The notes: generated by a model from the letters alone, not told the origin. Counted from the first letter of the stretch, positions 26,090 to 36,923 are shown. The stretch: DNA of 64,000 nt from an uncultured Gemmatimonadales bacterium (GCA_963728915.1 CAVSLV010000002.1:160001-224000); one strand, 5' to 3'. Program-made: numbers and translations.

Positions 26090-26891
26090 AGGGGCGGCGG
26101 TCGGCGCGGCGGGGGTGGTGACTTTCCAGGACGTCCCCCTCGAACCGGGCGGTGAGCCCGGAACCCGCAACATCATCGCCAGTATCCCGGGAACGGTGGA
26201 TGAGTGGGTCGTGGTGACGGCCCACCACGATGGGCTGGGCATCGGGAAGCCCAACGCCCAGGGCGACAGCATCTACAACGGCGCCAACGACAACGCGGTC
26301 GGCGCGGCGATCGCGATCTGCGTTGTGGGCGAGTTTCAATCGCCTTCCCGGCGCCGCGGGGTGATCGTGGTCCTCACCGGCGCCGAGGAGCGCGGGCACC
26401 TGGGTGGGCGCTATTGGGCGGAGCATCCGACCGTCAACCTGTCGAAAGTGAAGTTTGCGGTCAACCTCGATGCGATCGGGGTGACCGGGCCCACCGAGGA
26501 TTTCATCGCGTATGGAAACGGCCTGCTGACGGGTGCGGACTCGATGCTGAGCGCTGCCGGGGCTCGCGCCGGATTCCAGCTTACGACCGTCTCCTTCGAG
26601 TCCAGGATGTACTGGGCCTTCGATTCGGCCGAGCTGGGGGCGGTCGGAGTTCCAGCGGTGACCATCGGAGCGGGGACCCGGCCGCCATCCGGGCCAGGAC
26701 CCCCGCCGGCGGCCGGAATGCCCCCGTTGCGTCAACGGTACCATTCCCCGTCGGATGAGGTGGCACCCGACTGGGAGCCGGTCGCCATCCGGCGCTACGC
26801 CGATCTCGTGGCATCGGTCCTCGACGCCGCACGGACCCAGACGGGCACCATTCAGCTCAAAGTGCCTAACCCGTACCAGGTCAGGCCCTGA
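26090..26891 (+). CDS. M28-family metallopeptidase, probably N-terminally truncated
   Basis: Motifs NIIA.IPG, TAHHDGLG, YNGANDNA.G, AEE.G and YHSPSD; no clear start or signal peptide. Confidence 0.7.
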
Positions 26892-26919
26892 GTGGACCTC
26901 GCCCTGACGAATGGTCAGC

Positions 26920-26988
26920 GCAGTGAAACGCCGAATCGATGCAGCGACCGGGAAACGGCTTTCGGGACACACCGAGGTCCGCTACACT
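26920..26988 (+). promoter_or_regulatory. LytTR-type promoter: GCAGTGAAAC/GCAGCGACCG repeats 21 bp apart, -10 TACACT
   Basis: Colinear with 28985-29053. Confidence 0.65.
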
Positions 26989-26999
26989 GGGCTCGACCC

Positions 27000-27794
27000 A
27001 TGCATCGGAGATTCAGCGTGCAACCGCCCTTTCGATTGGGATTCGTTCTCGCCGCGCTCGCCTTCGGACTCACTCCCGGAAGAGACGCCCTCGTCCGCGC
27101 CGCCGCAACCCACATCGTCCGCCGCCACGACCGGCCCGACAGCCTCTACCTCGCCCTCGGTGCGAAGTATCCCGCCGTGGGGATTGTGGGCCGGCGCGGC
27201 GATGGGACGCTCATCGCCCCCACCTGGGTGCTCACCGCGGCGCACGTAGCATTCGACCTCGATACCAGCCGGGTCCGAATGCGTTTCGGAAGTCGGGAGT
27301 ACCACATCCGCCGAGCGGTCACCCATCCGGATTGGCGAGAGCTTGGACCGCATGACGTGGGATTGCTGGAGCTGACCGAGCCGGTGGAGGGGATCGAGCC
27401 GCTGGAACTGTATGCGGGGAAGGACGAAGCCGGGAAGACGATGGTGCTCGTCGGTCACGGCGACGTGCGCCCGATGGGTGGCCAGGGTGGGGAGTGGATC
27501 CGCGATGGGCTTGCCCGGGCGGCCACCAACGTCGTCGTGGGAATCGACAACGGACGGCTGGTCTTCCGCTTTGACGCGCCGCCGCGAGGCACGGACCTCG
27601 AGGGGACGCCGGGCCGGGGAGACAGCGGCGGGCCGGCGCTGCTCGTGGTGGGGGGAAAGCCGCAGGTCGCGGGGGTGAGCTCGGCGGGGTTCGATGGCAC
27701 CAATGGACCGGGCACCTACGGTGCGGTGGACCACTTCACGCGGGTGTCGGAGGCCTTGAGCTGGATCCGCGGGGTCCTGGCTGCACGCGGGTAG
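27000..27794 (+). CDS. Secreted trypsin-like (S1) serine protease
   Basis: Catalytic motifs LTAAHV, HDVGLL and GDSGGP. Confidence 0.92.
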   Translation: MHRRFSVQPPFRLGFVLAALAFGLTPGRDALVRAAATHIVRRHDRPDSLYLALGAKYPAVGIVGRRGDGTLIAPTWVLTAAHVAFDLDTSRVRMRFGSREYHIRRAVTHPDWRELGPHDVGLLELTEPVEGIEPLELYAGKDEAGKTMVLVGHGDVRPMGGQGGEWIRDGLARAATNVVVGIDNGRLVFRFDAPPRGTDLEGTPGRGDSGGPALLVVGGKPQVAGVSSAGFDGTNGPGTYGAVDHFTRVSEALSWIRGVLAARG

Positions 27795-27829
27795 AGTCGC
27801 GGTTGGTCAGCACCCGGGACTCACGGATT

Positions 27830-28882
27830 TCAGTGGGCCCTCGCCCAACCCACGATGAAATCCAGATAGTCGGGGAGGAGTCGGTGATCGGGCGTCTGGA
27901 TGTCATGTCCGACGCCTTCGAAGACGCGAAATTGGTAAGGCATCGAGCCCCGTCGTCGCAACGCCGGTTCGATGACGGCGCGCGAGTGGTCGATCGGCAC
28001 CAGCTCGTCCTGCGCGCCGTAAATCACCAGGGTGGGAAGGGTGAGCGACTCGTACAAGGTGCTGTAATCGACGAACGACGACTTCGACCGGTACAGGTCG
28101 AAGCCGCCGGGGTTTTTGGCGACCGCCGCGGCGAGCTCGGCCGGTGTGAAGAGCCGGCCTTCGCCGGTCATGTCGTCCCAGAACCGATTGGTCACGACAC
28201 GATGGAACCACGACATGCCGCGGTAACGGTCGACGGTGGCCTGCGCCGCCCGATACCCTCGCCCTGAGGCGTAGTAAAGCGCCGTCACGATGTGGATGGT
28301 GTCGGCCGCGCTGGCCTCGGCCTCGGACAGCCCGAGGGCGCGCATCTGGCGGTGCAGAAAGTAGGTGACCTGCTCATGGGGATTGACGCCGGCGGGACTG
28401 ACCAGGATGGCGAACGCGGCGCCGGGCTTCTCGCGGAGCGCATAGGGAATCACCCAGCCGGCCTGGCTGATGCCCCACACGCCGACGCGCTCGACGCCGG
28501 GGAGGCCGCGGGCAAAGCGGATCGCCGCCGCGGCGTCAGCTCCCAGGGCGCGGAAGTCGGTGCCAGTAGCAACGCCCGTCGAGGCTCCGGTACCGCGCTT
28601 GTCGTAAGCGAGGACGCCGATTCCCGCGGCCGTGAACGCCATCGCGAGGGCCTTGGTGTCGTCATCGCCGATCACCGATACATCGCCCGAACCGGTGACC
28701 GCGACGAGAACGGGATACCGCTCGACGCCCACCGGCGCGTACAGCCGGCCGGACAGCTCCAGCGCGCCGGACCGAAAGCGCAGGTCGCGCGTGGTATAGA
28801 CAGCAGATTGCGCCAGGCCCTGGGATGCGGCCGTCACGAACAACGCCAGGATAGCGACGGGGCGGATAGGTCGCTGGCTCAT
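27830..28882 (-). CDS. Secreted alpha/beta hydrolase
   Basis: Motifs GSG, YDKRGTG.S, GISQAGW, YGAQD and GH. Confidence 0.88.
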   Translation of the reverse strand: MSQRPIRPVAILALFVTAASQGLAQSAVYTTRDLRFRSGALELSGRLYAPVGVERYPVLVAVTGSGDVSVIGDDDTKALAMAFTAAGIGVLAYDKRGTGASTGVATGTDFRALGADAAAAIRFARGLPGVERVGVWGISQAGWVIPYALREKPGAAFAILVSPAGVNPHEQVTYFLHRQMRALGLSEAEASAADTIHIVTALYYASGRGYRAAQATVDRYRGMSWFHRVVTNRFWDDMTGEGRLFTPAELAAAVAKNPGGFDLYRSKSSFVDYSTLYESLTLPTLVIYGAQDELVPIDHSRAVIEPALRRRGSMPYQFRVFEGVGHDIQTPDHRLLPDYLDFIVGWARAH

Positions 28883-28984
28883 GGTGACCTCTTGGGAGGG
28901 TATGAACGATTGGACGCCGAACGCCAGTTCTTCGCAGTCAGACGCACCCCGGTCAACTTCTCCCGGGTCGACGCCCCGCTTGCC

Positions 28985-29053
28985 GCAGTGAAACGCCGGA
29001 TCGGTGCAGCAAACGGAAACAACTTCCGGAGCGCCCCAATGTCCCGCTACAAT
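28985..29053 (+). promoter_or_regulatory. LytTR-type promoter: GCAGTGAAAC/GCAGCAAACG repeats 21 bp apart, -10 TACAAT
   Basis: Same 63-bp distance from first repeat to -10 as at 26920. Confidence 0.65.
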
Positions 29054-29082
29054 ACGATCAACCGTGTCCGAGGTCCTGCGTA

Positions 29083-30762
29083 GTGCGTAACCGATCGGTA
29101 CTGCAGATCCTGCTCGCCCTCGGCCTCGTTAGCCATCTTGCGGCTCAGGCCGACATCCCCGCACTCCGCCACCGCGCCGACTCGCTGCTCGAGCACGGCC
29201 GCTTCGACGCGGCCAGGATCACGCTGGCCCGGCTGGTGCTGCTCCAACCGGACGACGGCAGACACTGGCTCCACCTGGGAGACGCCGAGGCCGGGCTCGA
29301 TCATCCCGCCGAAGCCATCGCGGCGTACCGCGCGGCGCTGGAGCTCGGATTCGGCTCGCGGGCTGAGCGCTGCTATACCATCGCCCGGCTCTACACCAGG
29401 CTCGGCTTCCGCGATTCGACCATGGCGTGGCTGGCTCGCGCGCTCGACGCCCGTTACGAGCATCGACCTTCGATCGGCGGCGATTCGGTCTTTGCCGCGT
29501 ACCAGCACGACCCCGAGTTTCGCCGGCTGGCCGGCCTGCTGCCGGAGGCTGCCCTAACCCGCGATGAGGGGTGGCGTTTCGACATCGCATTCCTGGCGGA
29601 CGAAGCCAGGCGGATGGCGACCGGGCCGCACCCGGTGGCTCGGACCACGCAGTTCGATTCCGCCGTCGCCGCCGTGACCGCTCGGGTGAACCAGGTCAGT
29701 GACGCGCAGATGTACGTCGAGCTGCAGCGGCTCATGACCATGCTGGGCAACGGCCACAGCATCCTGTTCCCATTCCCGACCAGACTGGTGACGCTGACGA
29801 TGCTGCCGATCGATCTCTATCGCTTCAGCGATGGGGTCTTCGTGGTGGGCCGGCAGGATACCGTGGGAACACCGGGCATTGGAGCGAAGGTGGAGCGAAT
29901 TGGTGATCTCTCCGCGGAGGAGGCGCTGGAGCGAATCGCACCGCTGATGACCCGGGACAATCCGATGGGACTCCGCTGGAATGGTCCCTACGTTCTCACC
30001 TATCCCTTTCTGGTGCACTCGCTGGGGATCGACCACGGGGCAGACAGCAACACGGTTCAGCTCACCGTACAGAGCCCGGGCGGCAGGACCGGGGTCGTGA
30101 CGCTCAGCGGGGGAGACATTCGGGAGCCCCCCAAGCTCATGCCGCCACCGGGAACGAGCGGCCAGCCGCCACTCTACCTTCGGCACCCCGACCGACCGCA
30201 GTGGCTCCAGCCGCTACCGGACGCCGCCGCGCTCTACGTTCAGTACAATCAGGTCGTCGACGGTGAGCGGGTGTCGATCGCGGCCTTCGCCGACAGCATC
30301 CTGGCCTCGGCCCGAAGGACGGGAGCTCGGAACCTCATCGTCGATGTGCGCCGCAACAACGGAGGGCATGGCTATCTCAATCCACCGATGGTCCGGGCGC
30401 TGGTGAGGTTCGAGGCCCTGGGACCGGGACACCAGATATTCCTGGTCGTGGGCCGGAACACCTTTTCCGCGGCGGGCAATTTCATCAACGCGGTCGAGCG
30501 CATGACCAGCGCGCTCTTTGTGGGTGAGCCGTCGAGCTCGCGTCCGAATTCCGTGGGAGAGGACACCGAGCTCCGATTGCCCTGGAGCGGATTCACCGGA
30601 AGCATGGCGTCGCGATACTTCCAGGACTCGGATCCCCTGGACGATCGGGTCTGGATCCCGATGGACATTCCGGTCGCCCTTTCCTCGGCCGACTATTTCG
30701 CGAACCGGGATCCCGTCCTCAGCGCCGTCCTGGAGTACATCCGCGCCCACCCGGCCCGCTAG
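29083..30762 (+). CDS. Secreted TPR + S41-like peptidase
   Basis: N-terminal TPR helices; motifs DVRRNNGG, TFSAA and VGEP. Confidence 0.82.
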   Translation: MRNRSVLQILLALGLVSHLAAQADIPALRHRADSLLEHGRFDAARITLARLVLLQPDDGRHWLHLGDAEAGLDHPAEAIAAYRAALELGFGSRAERCYTIARLYTRLGFRDSTMAWLARALDARYEHRPSIGGDSVFAAYQHDPEFRRLAGLLPEAALTRDEGWRFDIAFLADEARRMATGPHPVARTTQFDSAVAAVTARVNQVSDAQMYVELQRLMTMLGNGHSILFPFPTRLVTLTMLPIDLYRFSDGVFVVGRQDTVGTPGIGAKVERIGDLSAEEALERIAPLMTRDNPMGLRWNGPYVLTYPFLVHSLGIDHGADSNTVQLTVQSPGGRTGVVTLSGGDIREPPKLMPPPGTSGQPPLYLRHPDRPQWLQPLPDAAALYVQYNQVVDGERVSIAAFADSILASARRTGARNLIVDVRRNNGGHGYLNPPMVRALVRFEALGPGHQIFLVVGRNTFSAAGNFINAVERMTSALFVGEPSSSRPNSVGEDTELRLPWSGFTGSMASRYFQDSDPLDDRVWIPMDIPVALSSADYFANRDPVLSAVLEYIRAHPAR

Positions 30763-30771
30763 ACTTCCTCG

Positions 30772-31581
30772 ATGCCGGCGCCACCACGTCCGATCACGGT
30801 TCTGGTCGTGGACGACGAGCCGCACGCCCGCACCGGGCTGGTGCGGCTGCTCGCGGGCCGCCCCGACCTGGCGGTGGTGGGCGAATGCGGCGACGGCCTC
30901 TCCGCCATCAAGGCGATCCGCGACCTCGCCCCCGACCTCGTTCTCCTCGATGTCCAGATGCCACCCCCCGATGGGCTCGGCGTGGTGCGCGCCATCGGCG
31001 CGGCGCAGATGCCGGCGGTCATCTTTGTCACCGCGCACGATCGCTTCGCGGTGCCGGCGTTCGATGCCCACGCGGTCGACTATCTCCTCAAGCCGTACAG
31101 CGAGCGCCGGCTCCGGGAAGCGATCGGCCGGGCCCAGGCCCTCCTCGAGTCCCGCCGCCTGGGCGACCTGGCGCGCCGGCTGCTCGGCGTCCTCGAAGCG
31201 CGGAGCGGTTCGGAGGACCCCGGGGCCAGAGTTCCTGACGACAGGATCGTGGTACGGAGCGTCGGCAAGACGGAAATCGTGCGGGTGGCGGAGCTGGTGC
31301 GGATCGAGGCGAGCGGCTACTGCGTCCGGCTCCATACCCGTACCCGATCCCTGGTCCATCGCGAGGCCCTGCGTTCCCTGGAGGCGCGTCTCCCCAAGTC
31401 CCGGTTCGTGCGGATTCACCGCTCCTCTATCGTGAACGTCGAGCAGATCCGCGAGGTTCGGGTGCTATCGAGCGGGGAGCACGAGGTCCTGCTCCGGGAT
31501 GGCTATCGCCAGAAGGTGAGCCGAGACCGGTGGGCAGCGGTGAATGCCGTGCTCCGGAAGTGGCAAGGGCAGACTCGCTGA
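30772..31581 (+). CDS. LytTR-family response regulator
   Basis: Motifs VVDDE, LDVQMP, FVTA, YLLKP and FVRIHRSSIVN. Confidence 0.95.
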   Translation: MPAPPRPITVLVVDDEPHARTGLVRLLAGRPDLAVVGECGDGLSAIKAIRDLAPDLVLLDVQMPPPDGLGVVRAIGAAQMPAVIFVTAHDRFAVPAFDAHAVDYLLKPYSERRLREAIGRAQALLESRRLGDLARRLLGVLEARSGSEDPGARVPDDRIVVRSVGKTEIVRVAELVRIEASGYCVRLHTRTRSLVHREALRSLEARLPKSRFVRIHRSSIVNVEQIREVRVLSSGEHEVLLRDGYRQKVSRDRWAAVNAVLRKWQGQTR

Positions 31582-31608
31582 CACGTTGAACACGTCGTGC
31601 CGGCGCGG

Positions 31609-32598
31609 TCAGCGCCGGGTCCATGTCGTTCCATCGAATTCCCAGGTATCACCAAGGTCGGGCGCGCCCTGGGTAGTCTCGCCGCCGAAGAGGACGACCC
31701 GGTCCCGGTCGCGGTCATAGGCCATCGCCGCGTTGATCCGGAATGGAGGCTGGGTTCCGGACACTCTGGTCCAGGCGTTGCCATCCCAGCGCCAGGTTTC
31801 CGGGGAAGTCGGCGCTGAACCGCAGGCTCCCGCGTAGAACAGCAGCCCTCCCCGGGTCGGGCCCAGCCCGACGAGCTGCGGGTGGGGAGGCACGCAACCG
31901 GGCCCGGTGAAGTCGAGGCGGGTCAGGCTGGTCCCGTTCCAGGTGTCGGTGAGCACGGTCTGGGTGCTCGGCGCCACCGAATAGAGATATATGGTCGCGG
32001 CTTTCTCATCATAACCCGCTGCCACGGCCACCACCTCGTCGTTACTCGCTTTCCGGCTCCAGCTCGCTCCGTCCCACTCCCAGACGTCGCGGATCTCTCC
32101 CTCCTGCTCGTTGAATCCACCATAGAGGACAACCCGCTGGCGGGTCCGGTCGTAGGCCATCGACTTGTGGACCCGCGCGCTCGGTCCCGTGGTGGCCCGC
32201 TGGGTCCAGGTGGTCCCATCCCATTCCCAGGTGTCGCTCATCACGGTGACGTCGGGAAAGGCCCCGTGCTCCCCGCCATAGAGGACGACCCGCTGACGCG
32301 CCGCGTCGTAGGCCACCGAAGCGAGATACCGCGGGCTCGGCCCGGTGACCGCGATCCGGGTCCATGCCGTCCCATCCCACGCCCAGGTGGAGCTTCGGTC
32401 GGCGGCAGGATCGTCGCCCTCCGCCCCCGTCCCGCCGATCAAGAGCAGCTGATGACGGGCTTCGTCGTACACCATCGCGTGCCCATGGCGAGGGAGCAGG
32501 GTCATCTGTGGACTCGGGCCGGTGCTCCCGCCGCAGGAAGGGAGCATGAGAAAGCCGCTTGCGATCGCGGCGTAGGTCGAGATCCTCTCGGGCGACAT
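31609..32598 (-). CDS. Kelch-like beta-propeller lipoprotein
   Basis: Repeats of MAYD..R.RVVL.GG....DTWEWDG..W; Cys after a hydrophobic N-terminus. Confidence 0.8.
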   Translation of the reverse strand: MSPERISTYAAIASGFLMLPSCGGSTGPSPQMTLLPRHGHAMVYDEARHQLLLIGGTGAEGDDPAADRSSTWAWDGTAWTRIAVTGPSPRYLASVAYDAARQRVVLYGGEHGAFPDVTVMSDTWEWDGTTWTQRATTGPSARVHKSMAYDRTRQRVVLYGGFNEQEGEIRDVWEWDGASWSRKASNDEVVAVAAGYDEKAATIYLYSVAPSTQTVLTDTWNGTSLTRLDFTGPGCVPPHPQLVGLGPTRGGLLFYAGACGSAPTSPETWRWDGNAWTRVSGTQPPFRINAAMAYDRDRDRVVLFGGETTQGAPDLGDTWEFDGTTWTRR

Positions 32599-32770
32599 CC
32601 CAAACTCCCTGGTAAGAGCCTCGAGGGCAGGATCGTCTGGGGCCGAAGCGTCCACAACCGGCTCGCTGCCGGCCGCCGCGATCATGCAGCGAACCGGCGG
32701 TTGCACGCAGTCACCGGGGCGAACTTCCGCCCCGCTCGCCGGGGAACCCGGCGGGGGCTATGATGGTGCG

Positions 32771-33892
32771 ATGGGACAGGAAGGTCTGCGGCCGGGGACC
32801 CGCCGCCTGCTGCTCGTCCTGCTGGTGGTGCTCGCCATCCCCGCGCTCACCCTGGCGGAGACGGCGCTCGAATACATCCGCACGCTCCAGGGCGAGTCGC
32901 CGAACACGTTCTGGTGGATGTTCCAGCGCTTTCTGATACCCTGGACTCTACTGGCGGTATGCCTCCCGATTCCGATCGTACTGGCGCGGCGGTTCCCATT
33001 CACCAGGGGCCGGCGCCTTCGCACCGTCGCGGTTCACGCCCTCGGGGGCACGGTGTTCGGAACGGTGCACCTTTTCCTCGACGTGCTGGTGGCCAGACTG
33101 TGGTGGCATGGCCCGCTGCCCGTCATCGGCGGAACCCTCTCCCTGCTTTCGGTGTACCTGCTCCGCGACTTGTTCATCTACGGGACCCTGGTGGGAACGC
33201 TCCTGACCATTCGGGACCGGCGCGCCCTGAGGGAGCGGCAGTTGCAGGAGACCCGCCTGGAGGCGGACCTCGCGACCGCAAGGCTCGCCGCGCTTCAGGC
33301 CAGGCTCGAACCGCACTTCCTGTTCAACACGCTCAATACCGCGGTGATGCTGATCCGGGACCAGCGCCGGGAGGAAGCCGTGGAGGTCCTGGTGGAGCTG
33401 AGCGAGCTGCTCCGTGCCGTGGTCCACGACGAACCCGGACGGGAAGTCTCCCTTGCGGAAGAGTGGCGATTTCTCGAGCGCTACCTCGCGCTCGAACAGG
33501 CGCGATTCCAGGAGAGGCTCACGGTCGAGCTGGAGCTGGAACCTGCGGTTGATCGGGTCCAGGTGCCATTCCTGATCCTCCAGCCGCTGGTCGAGAACGC
33601 CATCCGGCATGGCATTGCCCGGCGAGCCGCTCCGGGCTGGATCCGGGTATCGGCGCGTCGGGAAGCCGACCGGCTGCGTCTCACGGTCGCGGACAACGGA
33701 CCGGGACTCTGGAACGGGAACCAGGACGGCGCCCGGGTCGGGATCACCAATGTCCAGGCTCGCCTCCATGAATGGTACGGGGCCGCCGGTCAGGTGACCC
33801 TGGAGCGGAGGGACGAAGCAACCATTGCGACCGTCACAATTCCGTTGAACAGAACGCCGGTCGACGGCGTCCAACCGGAAGAGAGAAGGTGA
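32771..33892 (+). CDS. LytS-type sensor histidine kinase
   Basis: TM N-terminus; motifs LEPHFLFNTLN, LQPLVENAIRHG, DNGPG and G.G..NV. Confidence 0.95.
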   Translation: MGQEGLRPGTRRLLLVLLVVLAIPALTLAETALEYIRTLQGESPNTFWWMFQRFLIPWTLLAVCLPIPIVLARRFPFTRGRRLRTVAVHALGGTVFGTVHLFLDVLVARLWWHGPLPVIGGTLSLLSVYLLRDLFIYGTLVGTLLTIRDRRALRERQLQETRLEADLATARLAALQARLEPHFLFNTLNTAVMLIRDQRREEAVEVLVELSELLRAVVHDEPGREVSLAEEWRFLERYLALEQARFQERLTVELELEPAVDRVQVPFLILQPLVENAIRHGIARRAAPGWIRVSARREADRLRLTVADNGPGLWNGNQDGARVGITNVQARLHEWYGAAGQVTLERRDEATIATVTIPLNRTPVDGVQPEERR

Positions 33893-36342
33893 CCAGATAT
33901 ATGAGCTTCCCCACCGCCCTTCGCGCCGCCTCCGAGGCCGCCCGCGACCTCGCGATTGCCGCCCGTCAAATGCGCCGCCGGCCCGGCTACGCGGCCCTCC
34001 TCGTCCTGACCCTCGGACTCGGCATCGGCGCCACGGTGTCGCTGACCAGCGTGGTGAACGACCTGATCGTCCGCCCGCTTCCGTACCCCGCCGAAAGCCG
34101 AGTGCACATCTTCTGGAGCGACGGCGATTGGAGAGGCGCTGAGTACGACCTGCTCAATCAACGACGCGGCGTATTCGACGCCCTGGCGGCGTTCTCGACC
34201 AATGACGGGCCCTATCATCCCACCACGCGCGCCGAAGGCCCGGCGACCGACCTGCACTACGTCGTCGCCACCCACACCCTTTTCGACGTCCTCGGGGTGC
34301 GGCCGTTCATGGGCCAGGCCTTCAGCGCCGAAGACGACCGGCCGGGCGCCGCACCCGTAGCGGTGATCAGCTATGGCCTCTGGAACGACGACCTCGGTCG
34401 CGATCCCACCGTCATCGGCCACCGGATCCTGATCGACGGCGCGGCCGTGACGGTGATCGGCGTGATGCCGAAAGGATTCTTCTTCCCGACGCCCGACCTC
34501 CGGGTGTGGCGCCCGATCCAGTTCGATCCATCGACGCCCTTCTACAATGACGTCGGATACCTGACGGTGCTCGGGCGCGCCCGTGCCGGGGTGCCGGACC
34601 CGGTCATCGCCGCGGACATTCGGCGCATGGCGGGCGACCTCGGCGCCCGGTTCACCTATCCGGCGGCATGGGACAAGACGAAGCTCCCGTCGACGATACC
34701 GGTCCATCAGTACCTGCTGGGCGACGTGCGCGCTCCGCTCCTGCTCCTCCTCGCGGCGGTCGCGGCGCTCCTGCTCATCGCCTGCGTGAACGGCGCGGCG
34801 CTGGTGCTCGCCCGCATGACGGACCGGACCATCGAGCTCTCGGTCCGGACCGCGCTCGGGGCGAGCCACTGGCGGCTCGCCCGGCAGATCGCCGCCGAGT
34901 CGCTGCTCGTGGCCCTGTGCGCGGCGGCCGCCGGTTCCGCCTTCGCGGCCGGCGGGTTCCGCGTCCTCGTGGCGAGTCTCCCGCTCCACGACGGGTTTGG
35001 AAAGACCGTGAGCCCGGGCTGGGTCACGCTGGGGGCTGCGTTCGCCCTGGCGCTCGCCATCAGCATGGCGGTATCGGCGGTGCCGGTGCGGAACCTCCTG
35101 CGCGGCCGCTTCGACGAGGCGTTCGGGCGGGAGCGCGGGGACCGCGCCCTGGGCCGGGGCACGAAGCGCGCGCACCATGCCATCATCGTCGCGCAAGTGA
35201 CGCTGGCCGTCTCGCTCGTCGTGGGCGCGACGCTGCTGATCCGTTCGGTGAGCCGGTTGCGCGAGATCGACCTGGGCTTCGATCCTCAACACACCGTGAC
35301 CTTCACGCTGGTCGCGAGCGACAATACGTCCCTGGAGACACAGCGCCAGTTCCTCCACGAGGTGGTGACACGGGTCTCGGCGTTGCCCGGGGTGCAGGCC
35401 GCCGGGCTCACCAATCGCCTCCCGCTGCGCGACGGCGGCTACCAGGGCCCGGTGACGGTGGAGGACCGGCCCGACCTGGCGGGCAAGGAACGGCCGAACT
35501 CGCTCTACCGCACCGCCACACCGGGCTACTTCCGCGCGATGGGATTCCGGATGCTCGAAGGGCGCGGCATCGACTCGACCGACGTCGCCAACAGCCTGCC
35601 AGTGACGGTCATCAACGAATCGTTCGCGAAGAAGATGTGGGCCGGCCGGAGCGCGATCGGCCGGCGCATCGGCACCGGGTGGAGCGGCACGCTCGTCTTT
35701 CGGACGGTCGTCGGCGTCATTCGCGAGGCGCGACTCATCGGCGTAACGAGCGATCCGCCGTTCGCCATGTTCGTCCCGCAGGATCAACACACCACCGCGA
35801 ATCCCGGCGGCGTCCTGGTCGTCCGGGCCAGCGGCGACCCCACCATGCTCATTCCCCAGGTCCGCGCCATCGCGGGGACGCTCGACCCGCAGGTGGCGGT
35901 GGCCCGGGTGTCCACGTTGCAGCAGGTCACCGACGTTGCGCTCGCCGAGCCGTTGCGGCTGCGGTTCTTCATGGGGCTGTTCGCCGCGCTCGCGCTCACG
36001 CTCGGGACGGTGGGGGTGTACGGCGTGGTATCGTTCGCGGTGACGCGCCGGCGCTCGGAGTACGGCGTGCGTCTCGCCCTCGGCGCATCGCCGTCGCGGG
36101 TGCGCTGGGGTGTGCTGCGCGATGGCCTCGCGCCGGTAGCCCTGGGCGTGGTGCTCGGCGTCGCGGCGGCACTCGTTACCGGTCGCGCGCTCGATCGCTT
36201 CCTGTTCGGCGTGAGCCCTCTGGATCCGGGGAGCTATCTGGCGGCGGCCGGCGCGCTGCTGCTCGCCGGCGGAGCTGGAGCCCTCATCCCCGCGGTGCGC
36301 GCCGCGCGCACCAGTCCGGCGAGGGCGCTTCGAAGCGAGTGA
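33889..36342 (+). CDS. Duplicated orphan permease (ADOP; MacB/FtsX-type)
   Basis: Motifs TLGLGIGA, LLIAC.N.A, R.ALGAS and G.YGVVSF.V..R..EYGVRLALGA. Confidence 0.92.
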   Translation: MTRYMSFPTALRAASEAARDLAIAARQMRRRPGYAALLVLTLGLGIGATVSLTSVVNDLIVRPLPYPAESRVHIFWSDGDWRGAEYDLLNQRRGVFDALAAFSTNDGPYHPTTRAEGPATDLHYVVATHTLFDVLGVRPFMGQAFSAEDDRPGAAPVAVISYGLWNDDLGRDPTVIGHRILIDGAAVTVIGVMPKGFFFPTPDLRVWRPIQFDPSTPFYNDVGYLTVLGRARAGVPDPVIAADIRRMAGDLGARFTYPAAWDKTKLPSTIPVHQYLLGDVRAPLLLLLAAVAALLLIACVNGAALVLARMTDRTIELSVRTALGASHWRLARQIAAESLLVALCAAAAGSAFAAGGFRVLVASLPLHDGFGKTVSPGWVTLGAAFALALAISMAVSAVPVRNLLRGRFDEAFGRERGDRALGRGTKRAHHAIIVAQVTLAVSLVVGATLLIRSVSRLREIDLGFDPQHTVTFTLVASDNTSLETQRQFLHEVVTRVSALPGVQAAGLTNRLPLRDGGYQGPVTVEDRPDLAGKERPNSLYRTATPGYFRAMGFRMLEGRGIDSTDVANSLPVTVINESFAKKMWAGRSAIGRRIGTGWSGTLVFRTVVGVIREARLIGVTSDPPFAMFVPQDQHTTANPGGVLVVRASGDPTMLIPQVRAIAGTLDPQVAVARVSTLQQVTDVALAEPLRLRFFMGLFAALALTLGTVGVYGVVSFAVTRRRSEYGVRLALGASPSRVRWGVLRDGLAPVALGVVLGVAAALVTGRALDRFLFGVSPLDPGSYLAAAGALLLAGGAGALIPAVRAARTSPARALRSE

Positions 36343-36415
36343 GTCGTCACGCTGCCGGTCATTCCGCGATAAATCGGCGAGTATTTTCCGGATTCCCGGA
36401 CCTCTGGAGGCCCCC

Positions 36416-36850
36416 ATGGCGCAGTTCGACAAACCCGGCCCGGAAGGAACCGTTGAGGGCGGGGACGGCATTCTCACGATCCGCGGCGGTGGCGCCGAGC
36501 GGGGCTGGAACGGGATCCGGTATCGTGCCGGGCTGTCGGGCAAGAACGTGGGCGCCAAGCAGCTGTCCCTGAACATCGCGACCATCCCGCCGGGTGGCGT
36601 GGCCTATGCCCACATCCATGTCGACTTCGAAGTCATGCTGTACATTCTGGCCGGCCGGGTGCGCCACGAGTATGGAGCCCGGCTGGAGCAGCAGCTGGAG
36701 AATGAAGCGGGCGATTTCATCTTCATCGCGCCCGGGATCCCGCACGAGGTGTTCAATCTGAGCGATACCGAGCCGGTCGTCGCGGTCGTGGCGCGGTCCG
36801 ACGCCAGCGAATGGGAGCACATCGTTCCGTTCGAGCGCCCGGGGAGATGA
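36416..36850 (+). CDS. Cupin-domain protein
   Basis: Motifs AHIH..FE and GDFIFI.PG.PH. Confidence 0.88.
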   Translation: MAQFDKPGPEGTVEGGDGILTIRGGGAERGWNGIRYRAGLSGKNVGAKQLSLNIATIPPGGVAYAHIHVDFEVMLYILAGRVRHEYGARLEQQLENEAGDFIFIAPGIPHEVFNLSDTEPVVAVVARSDASEWEHIVPFERPGR

Positions 36851-36923
36851 TCGCGCCGGCCCCGCAGCCCCCCTTGCGCCCCTTCCGGCGTCTCACTATG
36901 CATAGACGTGAAAGGGGTAGCCC

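Noticed and set aside
33790..36585. Long antisense and alternate-frame ORFs (also 23521-26061, 34668-36572, 52423-53982)
   Set aside because: Shadow ORFs of high-GC coding sequence overlapping well-supported genes
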